Shown here: positions 17,204 through 26,679 of the stretch, piece by piece
Position numbering within the stretch: position 1 is the stretch's first letter
Layout: every line of letters starts with the position of its first letter
NCBI GenBank assembly: GCA_964429815.1
Contig: CAYSCM010000001.1
Location: 224,001 to 288,000, forward strand
From: an uncultured Candidatus Saccharibacteria bacterium
GTDB lineage: Bacteria > Patescibacteriota > Minisyncoccia > Phycocordibacterales > CAYSCM01
Reading direction: 5' to 3'
Length of the DNA stretch: 64,000 bases
The notes under the pieces: generated by a model
The model's database searches: none
Told to the model about the DNA's origin: nothing
The model's input: the letters and a program-made list of their open reading frames with translations, nothing else
Translations under genes and position numbers: made by a program

Positions 17204-18433
17204 TTATTCTTTAGTTTCTTTAGTAACTTTCTCGGGAGCGCCCTCTTCTGAGGCTTTTTCTACCCCTGTCGCCACCTCCTTCTCCGGGGCGCCCTCCTCA
17301 TCGAGGGTTTCTCCCTTGAGAGATTGAATATCGATGCGCCAGCCGGTCAATTTCGCGGCAAGGCGCACGTTCTGACCCCCCTTTCCGATCGCAAGGCTCT
17401 GCTGATCATTGGCCACCTCGACGGTTGCTTTGTGCTCGGCCTCGTCGATCGTGACGGAAGCGACTTTCGCGGGGGAGAGAGCGTCCTCGACGAAGGTCTT
17501 CGGGTTTTCGGACCACTCGACGATGTCTATTTTCTCGCCTCCGAGTTCGCTCATGACCGTCGACACGCGCACCCCGCGCTGTCCAACCAGGGAGCCGACC
17601 GGGTCGATGTGCAGATCGGTGCTCGCGACCGCGACCTTGCTCCTTGAGCCTGCCTCGCGCGCGATAGCTTTAATGACCACCGCGCCTGAATTAAGCTCAG
17701 GAGCTTCGAGCATAAAGAGTTTCTCGAGGAATTTTGGGTGCGAGCGACTAAGCCTCAGGTAGGTACCGCGCGGGCTTTCCTCTACCGAGTAGAGGTAGGC
17801 GCGGATGCGCTCGCCCGGGCGGTAGCGCTCGCCCGGGATCTGCTCGTCGTAGGGCAAAATGCCCGTCGCGCGGCCAAGGTCGATGAAAATATTGCCCCGC
17901 TCCATGCGCTGGACGATGCCCGAGACGATTTCTCCCTGGCGTCCGCCAAACTCCTCGAGAATGGAGACTTTTTCTGCCTCGCGAATCTTCTGGATAATGA
18001 CTTGCTTTGCGGTTTGTGCCGCAATGCGGCCGAAATCGCCCTTATCCTCAAGCGGAAAGACCAACTCTTCATCGAGCTGCGCGTCCTTTTTGATGCGGCG
18101 TGCATCTTCTATAAGAATGTGGTGCTCCGGGTTATAGCGGACGCGCTCGTCGGTTGGCTCGCCTTCTTTGGGCTCCGGGAGGGGCTCACCTTCGACGCCT
18201 TCTTCCTCCATCTTGACGCGGCTTTCGTCGACAACAATTTTTACCTGGTAGAAGCTGGTCTTCCCGGTATTGATATCGAAGTCGGCGCGGACGATTTGCC
18301 CGCGCTTTCCGTACTCGCGCTTGTAGGCGGTCGCGAGCGATGCTGCGATTGCCTCGATCATTTTTTCTCGCGGAATGCCGCGCTCCTCCTCGAGCTGATC
18401 TATGACTGAATTGATTACCTTGAGATCGAACAT
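17204..18433 (-). CDS. nusA: transcription termination/antitermination factor NusA
   Basis: 409 aa; N-terminal domain, S1 and KH domains; acidic C-terminal tail. Confidence 0.9.
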   Translation of the reverse strand: MFDLKVINSVIDQLEEERGIPREKMIEAIAASLATAYKREYGKRGQIVRADFDINTGKTSFYQVKIVVDESRVKMEEEGVEGEPLPEPKEGEPTDERVRYNPEHHILIEDARRIKKDAQLDEELVFPLEDKGDFGRIAAQTAKQVIIQKIREAEKVSILEEFGGRQGEIVSGIVQRMERGNIFIDLGRATGILPYDEQIPGERYRPGERIRAYLYSVEESPRGTYLRLSRSHPKFLEKLFMLEAPELNSGAVVIKAIAREAGSRSKVAVASTDLHIDPVGSLVGQRGVRVSTVMSELGGEKIDIVEWSENPKTFVEDALSPAKVASVTIDEAEHKATVEVANDQQSLAIGKGGQNVRLAAKLTGWRIDIQSLKGETLDEEGAPEKEVATGVEKASEEGAPEKVTKETKE

Positions 18434-18539
18434 GTTTTCTGTGTTTGCTGATAAAAGAGAAACCGCCCACTCGGGGCGGTATCAGGTAGGGAGAGTGTAG
18501 CAGCTCTTTGCTGTTTGTCAATACGGCCGCAAGGGTATA

Positions 18540-18568
18540 TTGACAAAATATAAAAAAGTGATATTATT
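18540..18568 (+). promoter_or_regulatory. sigma70 promoter TTGACA-17-TATTAT upstream of ORF 18614; -35 box embedded in an imperfect palindrome TTGTCAATA...TATATTGACAA
   Basis: Consensus hexamers; RBS AAGGAGAGG before the ATG at 18614. Confidence 0.55.
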
Positions 18569-18613
18569 TGCTCATCCTGTTCCTTACTAACCCTAACCAC
18601 AAGGAGAGGCCAC

Positions 18614-18997
18614 ATGGCCTACTTCACCTTATCCTTCCCGTTTACTGGAGTTTGCTTTGGTCGCATGACCGAGGAGGACTACAGTAACGAGCACTTCCTC
18701 GTTGAGGAGCGAAGCTGCGATTTGGAAGATGAGCGCGAGCTCTTCGCCCAGATCGACATTCCCAAGTGGCGTCTGCCGGGGATAGAGCCTCGCATCAAGC
18801 CGTGGAAGTTGCGGGGGTTGAGAGTGGGTCTGCATAGCGGATACGTTCTCCATCCCCGGGATGAAGAGCCCATACTCTACTCAGCGGTCGAACAGCTTCG
18901 TTTGCTGGAGAGCAGGTGCCCCAGCAACCAAGCAGACCTCGAGCAGATTGTAGGTCACCTTAAGCCCGGCCGGCTGGTGATCTTCATCCACTCATAG
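18614..18997 (+). CDS. hypothetical protein (127 aa)
   Basis: Strong promoter and RBS; acidic; followed by terminator at 19082-19113. Confidence 0.5.
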   Translation: MAYFTLSFPFTGVCFGRMTEEDYSNEHFLVEERSCDLEDERELFAQIDIPKWRLPGIEPRIKPWKLRGLRVGLHSGYVLHPRDEEPILYSAVEQLRLLESRCPSNQADLEQIVGHLKPGRLVIFIHS

Positions 18998-19081
18998 GTT
19001 TTGACTCCCGGGCGCGCGCCGCGCGCCCGGAAACGGAGGACGGACAAACGTCGGATTAGGGAAACAGGAACAGAGTATCTT

Positions 19082-19113
19082 AGCCCTCGCGCCAAGCGCG
19101 AGGGCTTTTCTTT
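19082..19113 (+). terminator. rho-independent terminator (AGCCCTCGCGCCAAGCGCGAGGGCT + T-run)
   Basis: 10-bp stem followed by TTTTCTTT. Confidence 0.6.
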
Positions 19114-19147
19114 ATGCATTTCTACTTTTCCTTGGTATTTTTATTTT

Positions 19148-19588
19148 ATGGGTGAAAGACAGTACGCCCACACTCTTTTTGAAACTCCTTTTTGGACAAT
19201 TATATTGAACAAGAATGACCAACGTTATTTAGGTCGATGTATGGTGATTTTGAAACGCCCTTGTGGCGACCTTGCAGATCTTACTGATGAAGAATTTATC
19301 GACTTTAAAAATGTTGTTCAGAGATTAGAGTCGGCTGCGCGGCAAGCATTTACAGCAACCATGTTCAATTGGAGTTGTCTTATGAATCTGGCTTACAGAA
19401 AAAAACCTTCCAACCCTCAAGTTCATTGGCATTTTCGCCCGCGTTACGATCACATCGTGACGGTCGATGGAAAGGAGTTTCAAGATCCAAATTTTGGTTC
19501 CCACTATCTTCAGGATGAAGGTGATGAAATAGCGCCTAGCGAGAAAATACTTCAAGAAATCGCTGTCATACTTAAGCGTTACGTTTAA
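19148..19588 (+). CDS. HIT (histidine triad) family hydrolase
   Basis: 146 aa from MGERQ; HWHFRPR histidine-triad-like motif; the ORF-track N-terminal extension from 19001 is Arg-rich and probably spurious. Confidence 0.65.
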   Translation: MGERQYAHTLFETPFWTIILNKNDQRYLGRCMVILKRPCGDLADLTDEEFIDFKNVVQRLESAARQAFTATMFNWSCLMNLAYRKKPSNPQVHWHFRPRYDHIVTVDGKEFQDPNFGSHYLQDEGDEIAPSEKILQEIAVILKRYV

Positions 19589-19611
19589 AACTGATTTGAG
19601 ATAGCGCCAAA

Positions 19612-20154
19612 CTAAAGATCTACTGTATCCAAATTTCTTATATCGAGGTTCCCCTTATAAAGGATATGAGGGACGAGGTGGAAAAGAAGCGGGCGTTCGC
19701 CGGCATCAAATTTTTCTTTGTAGTACGCGAGAGTCTCAGGAGGAACTTTTCTATATTCCTCCATTCGGCCCGGATCAAATGGCTGAAAGTCTCGCAGTCG
19801 CGGCACAATACCGGCATCGCGTCGGTACAAACAGGTTGTGGTATTTTCAGGTTCGAAAAGTGAAACGGGAATTTGAAACCACGTACGCGAGAGCTCCATC
19901 GTGGAAGTATCAAACCCCGCTCCTTCAAGGTTTTTGGACAACGTTTTCGGGTGCACTGCGGTGAAGTGGAGTACATCGTTCCACAGGCAATGAAGCGGCG
20001 GAATAGGGGATTCTAAAAGTCTTTCGCGGCCAGCGTATTTCTTTACGTGCTCCGCGTACGCATCCGGATAGATTTCTTTGAGGCGATTGAGGGGGTATAG
20101 AGTCGTCCCTCGAAAATCTTTGACGACTCGATGATAGACGAACGGTCCTTCCAT
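19612..20154 (-). CDS. hypothetical protein (~180 aa), translationally coupled to the upstream histidine phosphatase
   Basis: ATG at 20154 overlaps the stop TAG (20156-20158) of the preceding minus-strand gene. Confidence 0.45.
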   Translation of the reverse strand: MEGPFVYHRVVKDFRGTTLYPLNRLKEIYPDAYAEHVKKYAGRERLLESPIPPLHCLWNDVLHFTAVHPKTLSKNLEGAGFDTSTMELSRTWFQIPVSLFEPENTTTCLYRRDAGIVPRLRDFQPFDPGRMEEYRKVPPETLAYYKEKFDAGERPLLFHLVPHILYKGNLDIRNLDTVDL

Positions 20155-20155
20155 A

Positions 20156-20794
20156 CTAGTGCGGCAAGTGAGCAAAATCGTTTAGAGTACGCAGAAGCCA
20201 ACCCTTGTTACTGTTTTCCTCGTCGTATTCGACGTAGGTGATGCCCGTATTTGCTGTTTGAAACCCAAGAATAAAACCTGTCATATCACGGCTTGAAAAA
20301 CCCTCTTTAAAAAGTATGGATCCGGTAATAGCTCGTAAAAAGAAGCCGTGGGTGACCACCAATACATGCGTGTGAGGTAGGTTTTTTAAAAAAGTGAGTG
20401 CCGCTTCCGCTCTTTTCTTCAAATCCTGAAAGTTTTCTTCGTCCGAATAGCGCCAATCGGCTTCATCCCAATGCTGGACTATCTCATCCTCCATGGTGAT
20501 GAAATCTGGGTCACTCTTTTTCATCCTGAAGCTCTGCGAAGGGCGACGACGCTCCACAAAAAGATCAGAAAATTCGATCTCTTTGTTAAGAATTGTAGCG
20601 ATCTCTTCTGCGGTGTGATGAGCTCGCTTCATCGTACTTGAGACGAGGTGATCTATCTCAAGATCAGCAACTCTTTTCGCGATCGCTTTTGCCTGGAGCT
20701 CGCCTTTTTCAGTGAGGGGAGATGAGCCGTCTTGGATTCCTGACCCAATATTTCCTTCGCTCTCACCATGTCGCACAAAATAGAAGCGTCGCAT
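20156..20794 (-). CDS. histidine phosphatase (phosphoglycerate mutase-like) family protein
   Basis: 212 aa; RHGESEGN catalytic motif and downstream H (VTHG). Confidence 0.8.
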   Translation of the reverse strand: MRRFYFVRHGESEGNIGSGIQDGSSPLTEKGELQAKAIAKRVADLEIDHLVSSTMKRAHHTAEEIATILNKEIEFSDLFVERRRPSQSFRMKKSDPDFITMEDEIVQHWDEADWRYSDEENFQDLKKRAEAALTFLKNLPHTHVLVVTHGFFLRAITGSILFKEGFSSRDMTGFILGFQTANTGITYVEYDEENSNKGWLLRTLNDFAHLPH

Positions 20795-20880
20795 CAGGAA
20801 ACACTACCACATCCCCCTCGTACACAGGAAAATGGCGCCGCTAAAGGGCATTTCGCGCTACACTATAGATACGCCGTTCT

Positions 20881-22632
20881 ATGCACGTTGAAGAAAAACA
20901 GCTTAAGGAATTTATCCTTGACTCCGGCCTCGTTTCCCGAAGTGCTGTCGAGAGTGCTGAAAAGGAGGCAAAGGAGCAGCAATCCTCGATAGGTAAGGTT
21001 CTGGTGACCAAGGGATCGCTCTCCGAAGACGATTTGCGCCGGATGCAGGCGTACGTGCTCGGTATTCCCTACGTATCGCTGAAGCGCCAAAAAATCCCCT
21101 TCGAGATACTCTCCCTCATCCCCGAGCCCATCGCACGCAACCACAACATCGTCGCGTTTAACAAGCGCTCCGATAAAGAGCTTGAGGTCGCCATGCTCGA
21201 CACCGATGACCTCGCCGCCATCGAGTTTATCAAGAAAAAGACTGGGCTCAAGATACAGCCGCGCCTCACCGACACGGATTCCATCAAAGAGGTGCTTCTC
21301 CAGTATCAGCGCACGCTCAAGGCCGAGTTCGGCGACATAATTCGCAAAGAAACCGACGCCCTAAAGACGCTCTCAGAGAAGGAGGGTGATCTCTCCGAAG
21401 GGGACCTTAAGAAAATGGCCGAAGACCTCCCCGTCGTGCGTGTCGTCGACGCGCTCCTGCGCCACGCTATCATCCAGGACGCTTCCGACATACACATCGA
21501 GCCGCAGGAGCAGGAGGTTCTCGTCCGCTACCGCCTCGACGGCATTCTCCATGAGGCGATGACACTGCCGCGCTCTGCGGGCGCTTCCATCACGGCCCGC
21601 ATCAAGGTGCTCAGCAATCTCAAGCTCGACGAAAAACGCCTCCCCCAGGACGGCCGTTTCAAAATGGAGCTCAATGGCCAAAAGGTTTCTTTCCGCGTTT
21701 CCATTCTTCCCACCTACTTTGGCGAAAAGACCGTCATGCGTCTTTTGCGTGAGAATCGCTCGGGCTTCACGCTCGAGAGCCTCGGCTTTCACGGCAAAGG
21801 GCTCGACGACATCCACGAGGCCACGAAGCAGACGACCGGTATCATTCTGACCACGGGGCCCACCGGCTCAGGGAAGACGACAACGCTCTACACGGTCCTT
21901 GATATTCTCAACACGCCCGACGTTAATATTTCAACCATCGAAGACCCTATCGAGTACCAGATGCCGCGGGTCAATCAAACGCAGGTAAAACCCGAAATCG
22001 GCTTCACGTTTGCCAATGGATTGCGCAGCCTCCTGCGCCAGGACCCGGACATTCTCATGGTCGGCGAGATACGCGACGCCGAGACCGCGGGACTCGCCAT
22101 CAACGCCGCTCTCACGGGGCACCTCGTCCTCTCGACGCTCCACACTAACTCGGCCGCGGGCTCGATGCCGCGCCTCATCGACATGGGGGTACAGGCGTTT
22201 CTCATGGTCTCGACCATCAAGGTCATCATTGGTCAGCGCCTCGTGCGCAAACTGTGCGCGGACAGGGAAGAACACCAGCTCACCAAAGCGGAAATGGCGC
22301 AGCTCTCTCATGCCGTCGATATGGATAAAGTCCTCGTCGAGCTCAAGGCTGAAAAGATCGTGCCGCAAAACGCGACGTGGAGCACGGTGCCGTTTTACAA
22401 AGCAAAACCTTCGGCGGAGTGCGAAGACGGGTACCGTAGCCGCATCGGTATCCACGAAGTCCTCAAAGTGACACCGACCATCCGCGAACTCATCATCAAA
22501 GGTGCGACGACGGACCAGATCGAAAAGCAGGCACGCGCGGAGGGAATGCTTACCATGCTTGAGGATGGTGTCTTCAAAGCTGCGCAAGGCATTACGACCA
22601 TCGAAGAAGTATTGCGCGTCGTGTACGAATAA
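20881..22632 (+). CDS. pilB: type IV pilus assembly ATPase PilB (GspE family)
   Basis: 583 aa; N-terminal T2SE_N-like domain, Walker A GPTGSGKTTT, Asp/His boxes. Confidence 0.9.
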   Translation: MHVEEKQLKEFILDSGLVSRSAVESAEKEAKEQQSSIGKVLVTKGSLSEDDLRRMQAYVLGIPYVSLKRQKIPFEILSLIPEPIARNHNIVAFNKRSDKELEVAMLDTDDLAAIEFIKKKTGLKIQPRLTDTDSIKEVLLQYQRTLKAEFGDIIRKETDALKTLSEKEGDLSEGDLKKMAEDLPVVRVVDALLRHAIIQDASDIHIEPQEQEVLVRYRLDGILHEAMTLPRSAGASITARIKVLSNLKLDEKRLPQDGRFKMELNGQKVSFRVSILPTYFGEKTVMRLLRENRSGFTLESLGFHGKGLDDIHEATKQTTGIILTTGPTGSGKTTTLYTVLDILNTPDVNISTIEDPIEYQMPRVNQTQVKPEIGFTFANGLRSLLRQDPDILMVGEIRDAETAGLAINAALTGHLVLSTLHTNSAAGSMPRLIDMGVQAFLMVSTIKVIIGQRLVRKLCADREEHQLTKAEMAQLSHAVDMDKVLVELKAEKIVPQNATWSTVPFYKAKPSAECEDGYRSRIGIHEVLKVTPTIRELIIKGATTDQIEKQARAEGMLTMLEDGVFKAAQGITTIEEVLRVVYE

Positions 22633-22638
22633 ACGCCC

Positions 22639-23853
22639 ATGGCCCTCTATACATTTAAAGCGGTGCGGGTAACCGGTGAACCATTCGAAGGGCAGCTTGA
22701 AGCATCGGATCGATTCGCGCTTTACAGGGAAATACGCAAGCAGGGCGGTTCGGTGCTCTCCGTCCATGAAGCGAGGAAAAAGAGAGGCCTCACGTTCGAC
22801 CTCGGTGCACTTTTTGGTTCGGTAAAGACGGCCGAGAAAATCGTGCTTTTACGCAACCTCGCCGCGATGATAGACGCGGGACTCTCACTCGCTCGCGGGC
22901 TCTCGGTTATGGAGCGACAGTCGCGCAACAAAAAGCTCAAGGAAGTGCTTCAGGCGATAGAAGGGGAGATAAACCAGGGAGGAACTCTTCACGATGGCCT
23001 CGCCAAGTTCCCAAAAATTTTCCCGCCTTTTCTCATCGCCATGGTGCGTGCGGGAGAAGAGTCAGGAACGCTCGGGAAAGCTCTGCGCATCGTCGCGCTT
23101 CAAATGGACCGCTCCTACCACCTCACCAAGAAAATCCGTGGCGCCATGATATATCCCGGCATCGTACTCTCCGTCATGGTGCTCGTTGGAGCTATCATGC
23201 TCATTTTCATCGTGCCGACCCTTACCTCGACCTTCAACGACCTCCACGTGACGCTCCCCACCTCGACAAAGATAGTCATCGCAGTCTCAAACTTTCTCGC
23301 GCATAACACGCTCGTGGCGCTTGCGGGGCTTATCTTCCTTGTTGGCGCGTTTATCTACGCCATTCGTACGCCGAAGGGAAGCCGTGCGCTCGACTGGACG
23401 CTGCTGCGGGTCCCCATCATCAACGGGCTCGTAAAACAGACCAATACCGCACGCACCACACGCACGCTCTCTTCGCTCCTCTCCTCCGGCGTTTCCGTGA
23501 CGAATGCCATCACCATCACGCAGGACGTGCTCCAAAGCTCGTACTTTAAAGCGGTCATGAAAGAGGCGCGCGAGCACATCGAAAAAGGCGAACAGATCGC
23601 CGCGACCATCGAAAAGTACCCGAACCTCTATCCGGTCATGGTGGGCGAGATGATCGCCGTCGGTGAAGAAACGGGGAAGCTCTCGGAGCTCCTGCTCCAG
23701 GTCGCGGAATTTTATGAAGACGAGGTCGAACAAAAGACCAAGGATATGTCCACCATCATCGAGCCGTTCCTCATGGTCGTCATCGGCATTACGGTGGGCT
23801 TCTTCGCCTACTCGATGATAACGCCGATTTATTCGATAAGCAGCAGCTTTTGA
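22639..23853 (+). CDS. pilC: type IV pilus platform protein PilC (GspF family)
   Basis: 404 aa; two GspF repeats, three TM segments. Confidence 0.9.
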   Translation: MALYTFKAVRVTGEPFEGQLEASDRFALYREIRKQGGSVLSVHEARKKRGLTFDLGALFGSVKTAEKIVLLRNLAAMIDAGLSLARGLSVMERQSRNKKLKEVLQAIEGEINQGGTLHDGLAKFPKIFPPFLIAMVRAGEESGTLGKALRIVALQMDRSYHLTKKIRGAMIYPGIVLSVMVLVGAIMLIFIVPTLTSTFNDLHVTLPTSTKIVIAVSNFLAHNTLVALAGLIFLVGAFIYAIRTPKGSRALDWTLLRVPIINGLVKQTNTARTTRTLSSLLSSGVSVTNAITITQDVLQSSYFKAVMKEAREHIEKGEQIAATIEKYPNLYPVMVGEMIAVGEETGKLSELLLQVAEFYEDEVEQKTKDMSTIIEPFLMVVIGITVGFFAYSMITPIYSISSSF

Positions 23854-23856
23854 CGT

Positions 23857-24306
23857 ATGAACGCGCGCGGCTTCACATTGGTCGAGATACTCCTGACGAT
23901 CCTCATCATGATCCTGATCGCCGGTGTGCTCTTCTCCGCGTTCCGCTCCTTCACCTCGCGACGCATCCTCGACGGCGCATCGGCGGAGGTCGTCTCGGCG
24001 CTCTCACAAGCGCGACAGGATACCCTCGACTCGCTCGCCGACTCCTCCTATGGCGTACACTTCGGCAGCGGCAGCGTCGTCATTTTCAAAGGGGCTTCGT
24101 ACACGCCGGGGGATTCGAATAATCGGACCATTACGCTCACGTCGCTCGTGACCCTAACTCCCTCCCTCACCGGCGGCGCGATCGACATCACCTTCGCTCG
24201 TCTCACGGGGAAGGCGAGCGTATCGGGCACCGTCGTGGTCTCCCTTAAAGCCGACACGTCGCAAACACGCACGGTAACGGTGACGCTAGGCGGCATAAGC
24301 TCATGA
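23857..24306 (+). CDS. prepilin-type (type IV pilin/pseudopilin) protein
   Basis: N-terminal class III signal G/FTLVEILLT. Confidence 0.75.
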   Translation: MNARGFTLVEILLTILIMILIAGVLFSAFRSFTSRRILDGASAEVVSALSQARQDTLDSLADSSYGVHFGSGSVVIFKGASYTPGDSNNRTITLTSLVTLTPSLTGGAIDITFARLTGKASVSGTVVVSLKADTSQTRTVTVTLGGISS

Positions 24307-24791
24307 AACAAAACCTTCAACGCGGGGTCGGGCTCATCGAGGTGGCGATAGGGATCGGCATCGTCGCCGTTTTTATCGTCGGCGTCATACTCGCCTTTCG
24401 TCAGTACTTGGCGGTGGGGCTCGGGAATACCGCAAAAATCCAGGCCGCCTATTACGCCGAAGAAGGCATAGAAGTAGCGCGCGCGCTGCGGGACTCTAGC
24501 TGGAGCACGTTTGCCGCTCTCTCGACGACAACGACGTATTATCTCGCTCAGGTGAGCGGGGTGTGGGCGACGACAACGACCGCAACGACGACCCTCCCGG
24601 GGTTCACGCGCACTCTGCAGCTTGGGAGCGTCTATCGGGACAATTCGACGAGCAATATCGTAGCGGCCACCTCCTCGAATAAGTATCTCGATCCCGATGC
24701 GCGTCAAGTGACCGTGAGCGTTTCGTGGGTCGGTCCTACGCGCTCCACTATTTCCTATACGCTCACGACCTATCTCACTAAAATTTTCTGA
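24303..24791 (+). CDS. prepilin-type protein
   Basis: GVGLIEVAIGIGIVAV N-terminal methylation-type motif. Confidence 0.7.
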   Translation: MKQNLQRGVGLIEVAIGIGIVAVFIVGVILAFRQYLAVGLGNTAKIQAAYYAEEGIEVARALRDSSWSTFAALSTTTTYYLAQVSGVWATTTTATTTLPGFTRTLQLGSVYRDNSTSNIVAATSSNKYLDPDARQVTVSVSWVGPTRSTISYTLTTYLTKIF

Positions 24792-24793
24792 CC

Positions 24794-25309
24794 ATGAACA
24801 CGCACCGACACGATCGCGGATACTCGCTCGTCGAAATGATCATCTATATCGCCATTCTCGTCCTCGTCGCGGGGCTCGTCATAGAGGGACTCCTGCCGCT
24901 GGCTCGTTCATATCGGCAAGTGGTCCTTGCGCTTGCGATCGACGGCTCGGCGTCCGCAGCGCTCGAGCGGATGGTGCGCGAAATCCGGCAAGCAAGCGCC
25001 GTCTCGGGTTCGAGCGTCCTCAACTCCTCCCCGGGGACGCTCGTTCTCACTTCGACAGATAGTTCCGGAAACGGCACGACCATTACGTTTGATACGAGTG
25101 CGGGCGCCGTGCGCATCCAGGAGGGAGGAGGGGCTCCCTACAATCTCACCGGAGGAGGGGTGAGCGTTTCAAAACTTATATTTTCGACCCAGGCGAACGG
25201 TACAACCTCCGCGCTCGTCGGTATTGACATGGTACTTTCGGCGACGTTCGGTTCGACAACGCGTGCGAGCGAATTTAAAACAAGCGCGACGCTGCGCAAC
25301 AGCTACTAA
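24794..25309 (+). CDS. prepilin-type protein
   Basis: RGYSLVEMIIYIAILVLV N-terminal motif. Confidence 0.7.
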   Translation: MNTHRHDRGYSLVEMIIYIAILVLVAGLVIEGLLPLARSYRQVVLALAIDGSASAALERMVREIRQASAVSGSSVLNSSPGTLVLTSTDSSGNGTTITFDTSAGAVRIQEGGGAPYNLTGGGVSVSKLIFSTQANGTTSALVGIDMVLSATFGSTTRASEFKTSATLRNSY

Positions 25310-25346
25310 TATGCGATACGGCACGAGAGGTCAAGGAGGTCAGGCA

Positions 25347-26600
25347 ATGCTCGGCGGCGTACTCTTTTTTCTCTCCGGAGCACTCCTCGTCATCGGCGCC
25401 ATCGCCTCGCCGGTGCTGCGCGATACCCGTATGGCTCGAAACCTCGCGGTCTCCAAGGTTACGTATGCCGGCGCAGAAGGCGCGCTCGAGGACGCTCTCT
25501 ATCGCTATATCAAAAACAAAACGATCGCGAGCACGTATGCCATGAGCATCGGCAGCTCTTCCCTAACCATATCCGCGCAAGACGTCGTCACCGACAAGGT
25601 GATCACCGCCGTGAGCGCCGATGAGGGGAGGGTTCGCAAGGTCACCGCCACCATCGTTCAGGGCGACGGCGCATCGTTCAATGCGGGGCTTCAGGCGGGA
25701 ACCGGAGGGATTTCGATGACCAATTCGGCGTCGGTGATCGGAAACGTTTTCAGCAACGGCCCCGTGACCGGGTCGAATAGCAATATTATCTACGGCGGCG
25801 TCGTATCGGCCGGACAGGCCGGCATTATTGACGGCGCTCATGCAACCGGTACCGCCTATGCACACACCATTCAAAATGCGGTCATCGACAAAGACGCTTA
25901 TTACCAGGTGATAACGAGCTCGACCGTGGGCGGCACCAATCACCCCAACAGCACCGATGTTTCTACGACGAGCCTACCGATTTCCGATGCCCAGGTAACC
26001 ACATGGGAGAACGACGCGGCCGCCGGCGGCACGATATCCACGTGCCCCTATACCATAAGCGCCAACACGACACTGGGTCCCAAAAAAATTGCCTGCGACC
26101 TCACCCTTAAAAACGCGACCCTCAACCTCACGGGACCGCTTTGGATAACCGGCAACTTTACCGTGGGAAATGGATCGTCTATCACCATCGATCCGTCCGT
26201 CGGCAACAAAAGCGTCGCCATAGTCGTCGACAATCCGAGCGATCGCGCAACCGGCAGCACCGTCACGCTTCAAAACAACATTTCGTTTAGCGGAAACGGC
26301 AACACCGGCTCGTTCGTTCTTCTTCTTTCCCAAAACAACAGTGCGGAAAATGGAGGAAGCACCCTTGCTATCAACCTGGCCAATCAAGCGACGGGAGACC
26401 TCATGCTCTATGCCGGCCACGGCAAAGTAAGTCTTTCGAATAACACCGGCGCCGCAAGCCCAGTGCGCACCGTAACCGCGTATCGCATCGAATTATCGAA
26501 CTCGGCCCAGGTCATTTATAAGATCGGTCTCATAAGCGTCATTTTCACAGAAGGCCCTTCTGCGGGGTATAGCATTTCCAAGTGGCAGGAGACGCAGTAA
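25347..26600 (+). CDS. pilus-associated membrane-anchored protein with predicted parallel beta-helix region (hypothetical)
   Basis: RBS AAGGAGG 7 nt before ATG 25347; N-terminal TM but not a canonical prepilin motif; G/T/N-rich repeats (NATLNLTGPLWITGNFTVGNGSSITIDP). Confidence 0.5.
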   Translation: MLGGVLFFLSGALLVIGAIASPVLRDTRMARNLAVSKVTYAGAEGALEDALYRYIKNKTIASTYAMSIGSSSLTISAQDVVTDKVITAVSADEGRVRKVTATIVQGDGASFNAGLQAGTGGISMTNSASVIGNVFSNGPVTGSNSNIIYGGVVSAGQAGIIDGAHATGTAYAHTIQNAVIDKDAYYQVITSSTVGGTNHPNSTDVSTTSLPISDAQVTTWENDAAAGGTISTCPYTISANTTLGPKKIACDLTLKNATLNLTGPLWITGNFTVGNGSSITIDPSVGNKSVAIVVDNPSDRATGSTVTLQNNISFSGNGNTGSFVLLLSQNNSAENGGSTLAINLANQATGDLMLYAGHGKVSLSNNTGAASPVRTVTAYRIELSNSAQVIYKIGLISVIFTEGPSAGYSISKWQETQ

Positions 26601-26679
26601 AACCCTGGTACCAGGCGAAGAAATATGGTATAACTTCGCGCGGAACTGAACTCACAAGGGCAATCATAAGGGATTACTG

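Noticed and set aside
19001-19147. N-terminal extension of the HIT ORF (MTPGRAPRARKRRTDKRRIRETG...)
   Set aside because: It is Arg-rich and overlaps the GC-rich palindromic terminator region of the upstream gene. The HIT domain starts at Met 19148.
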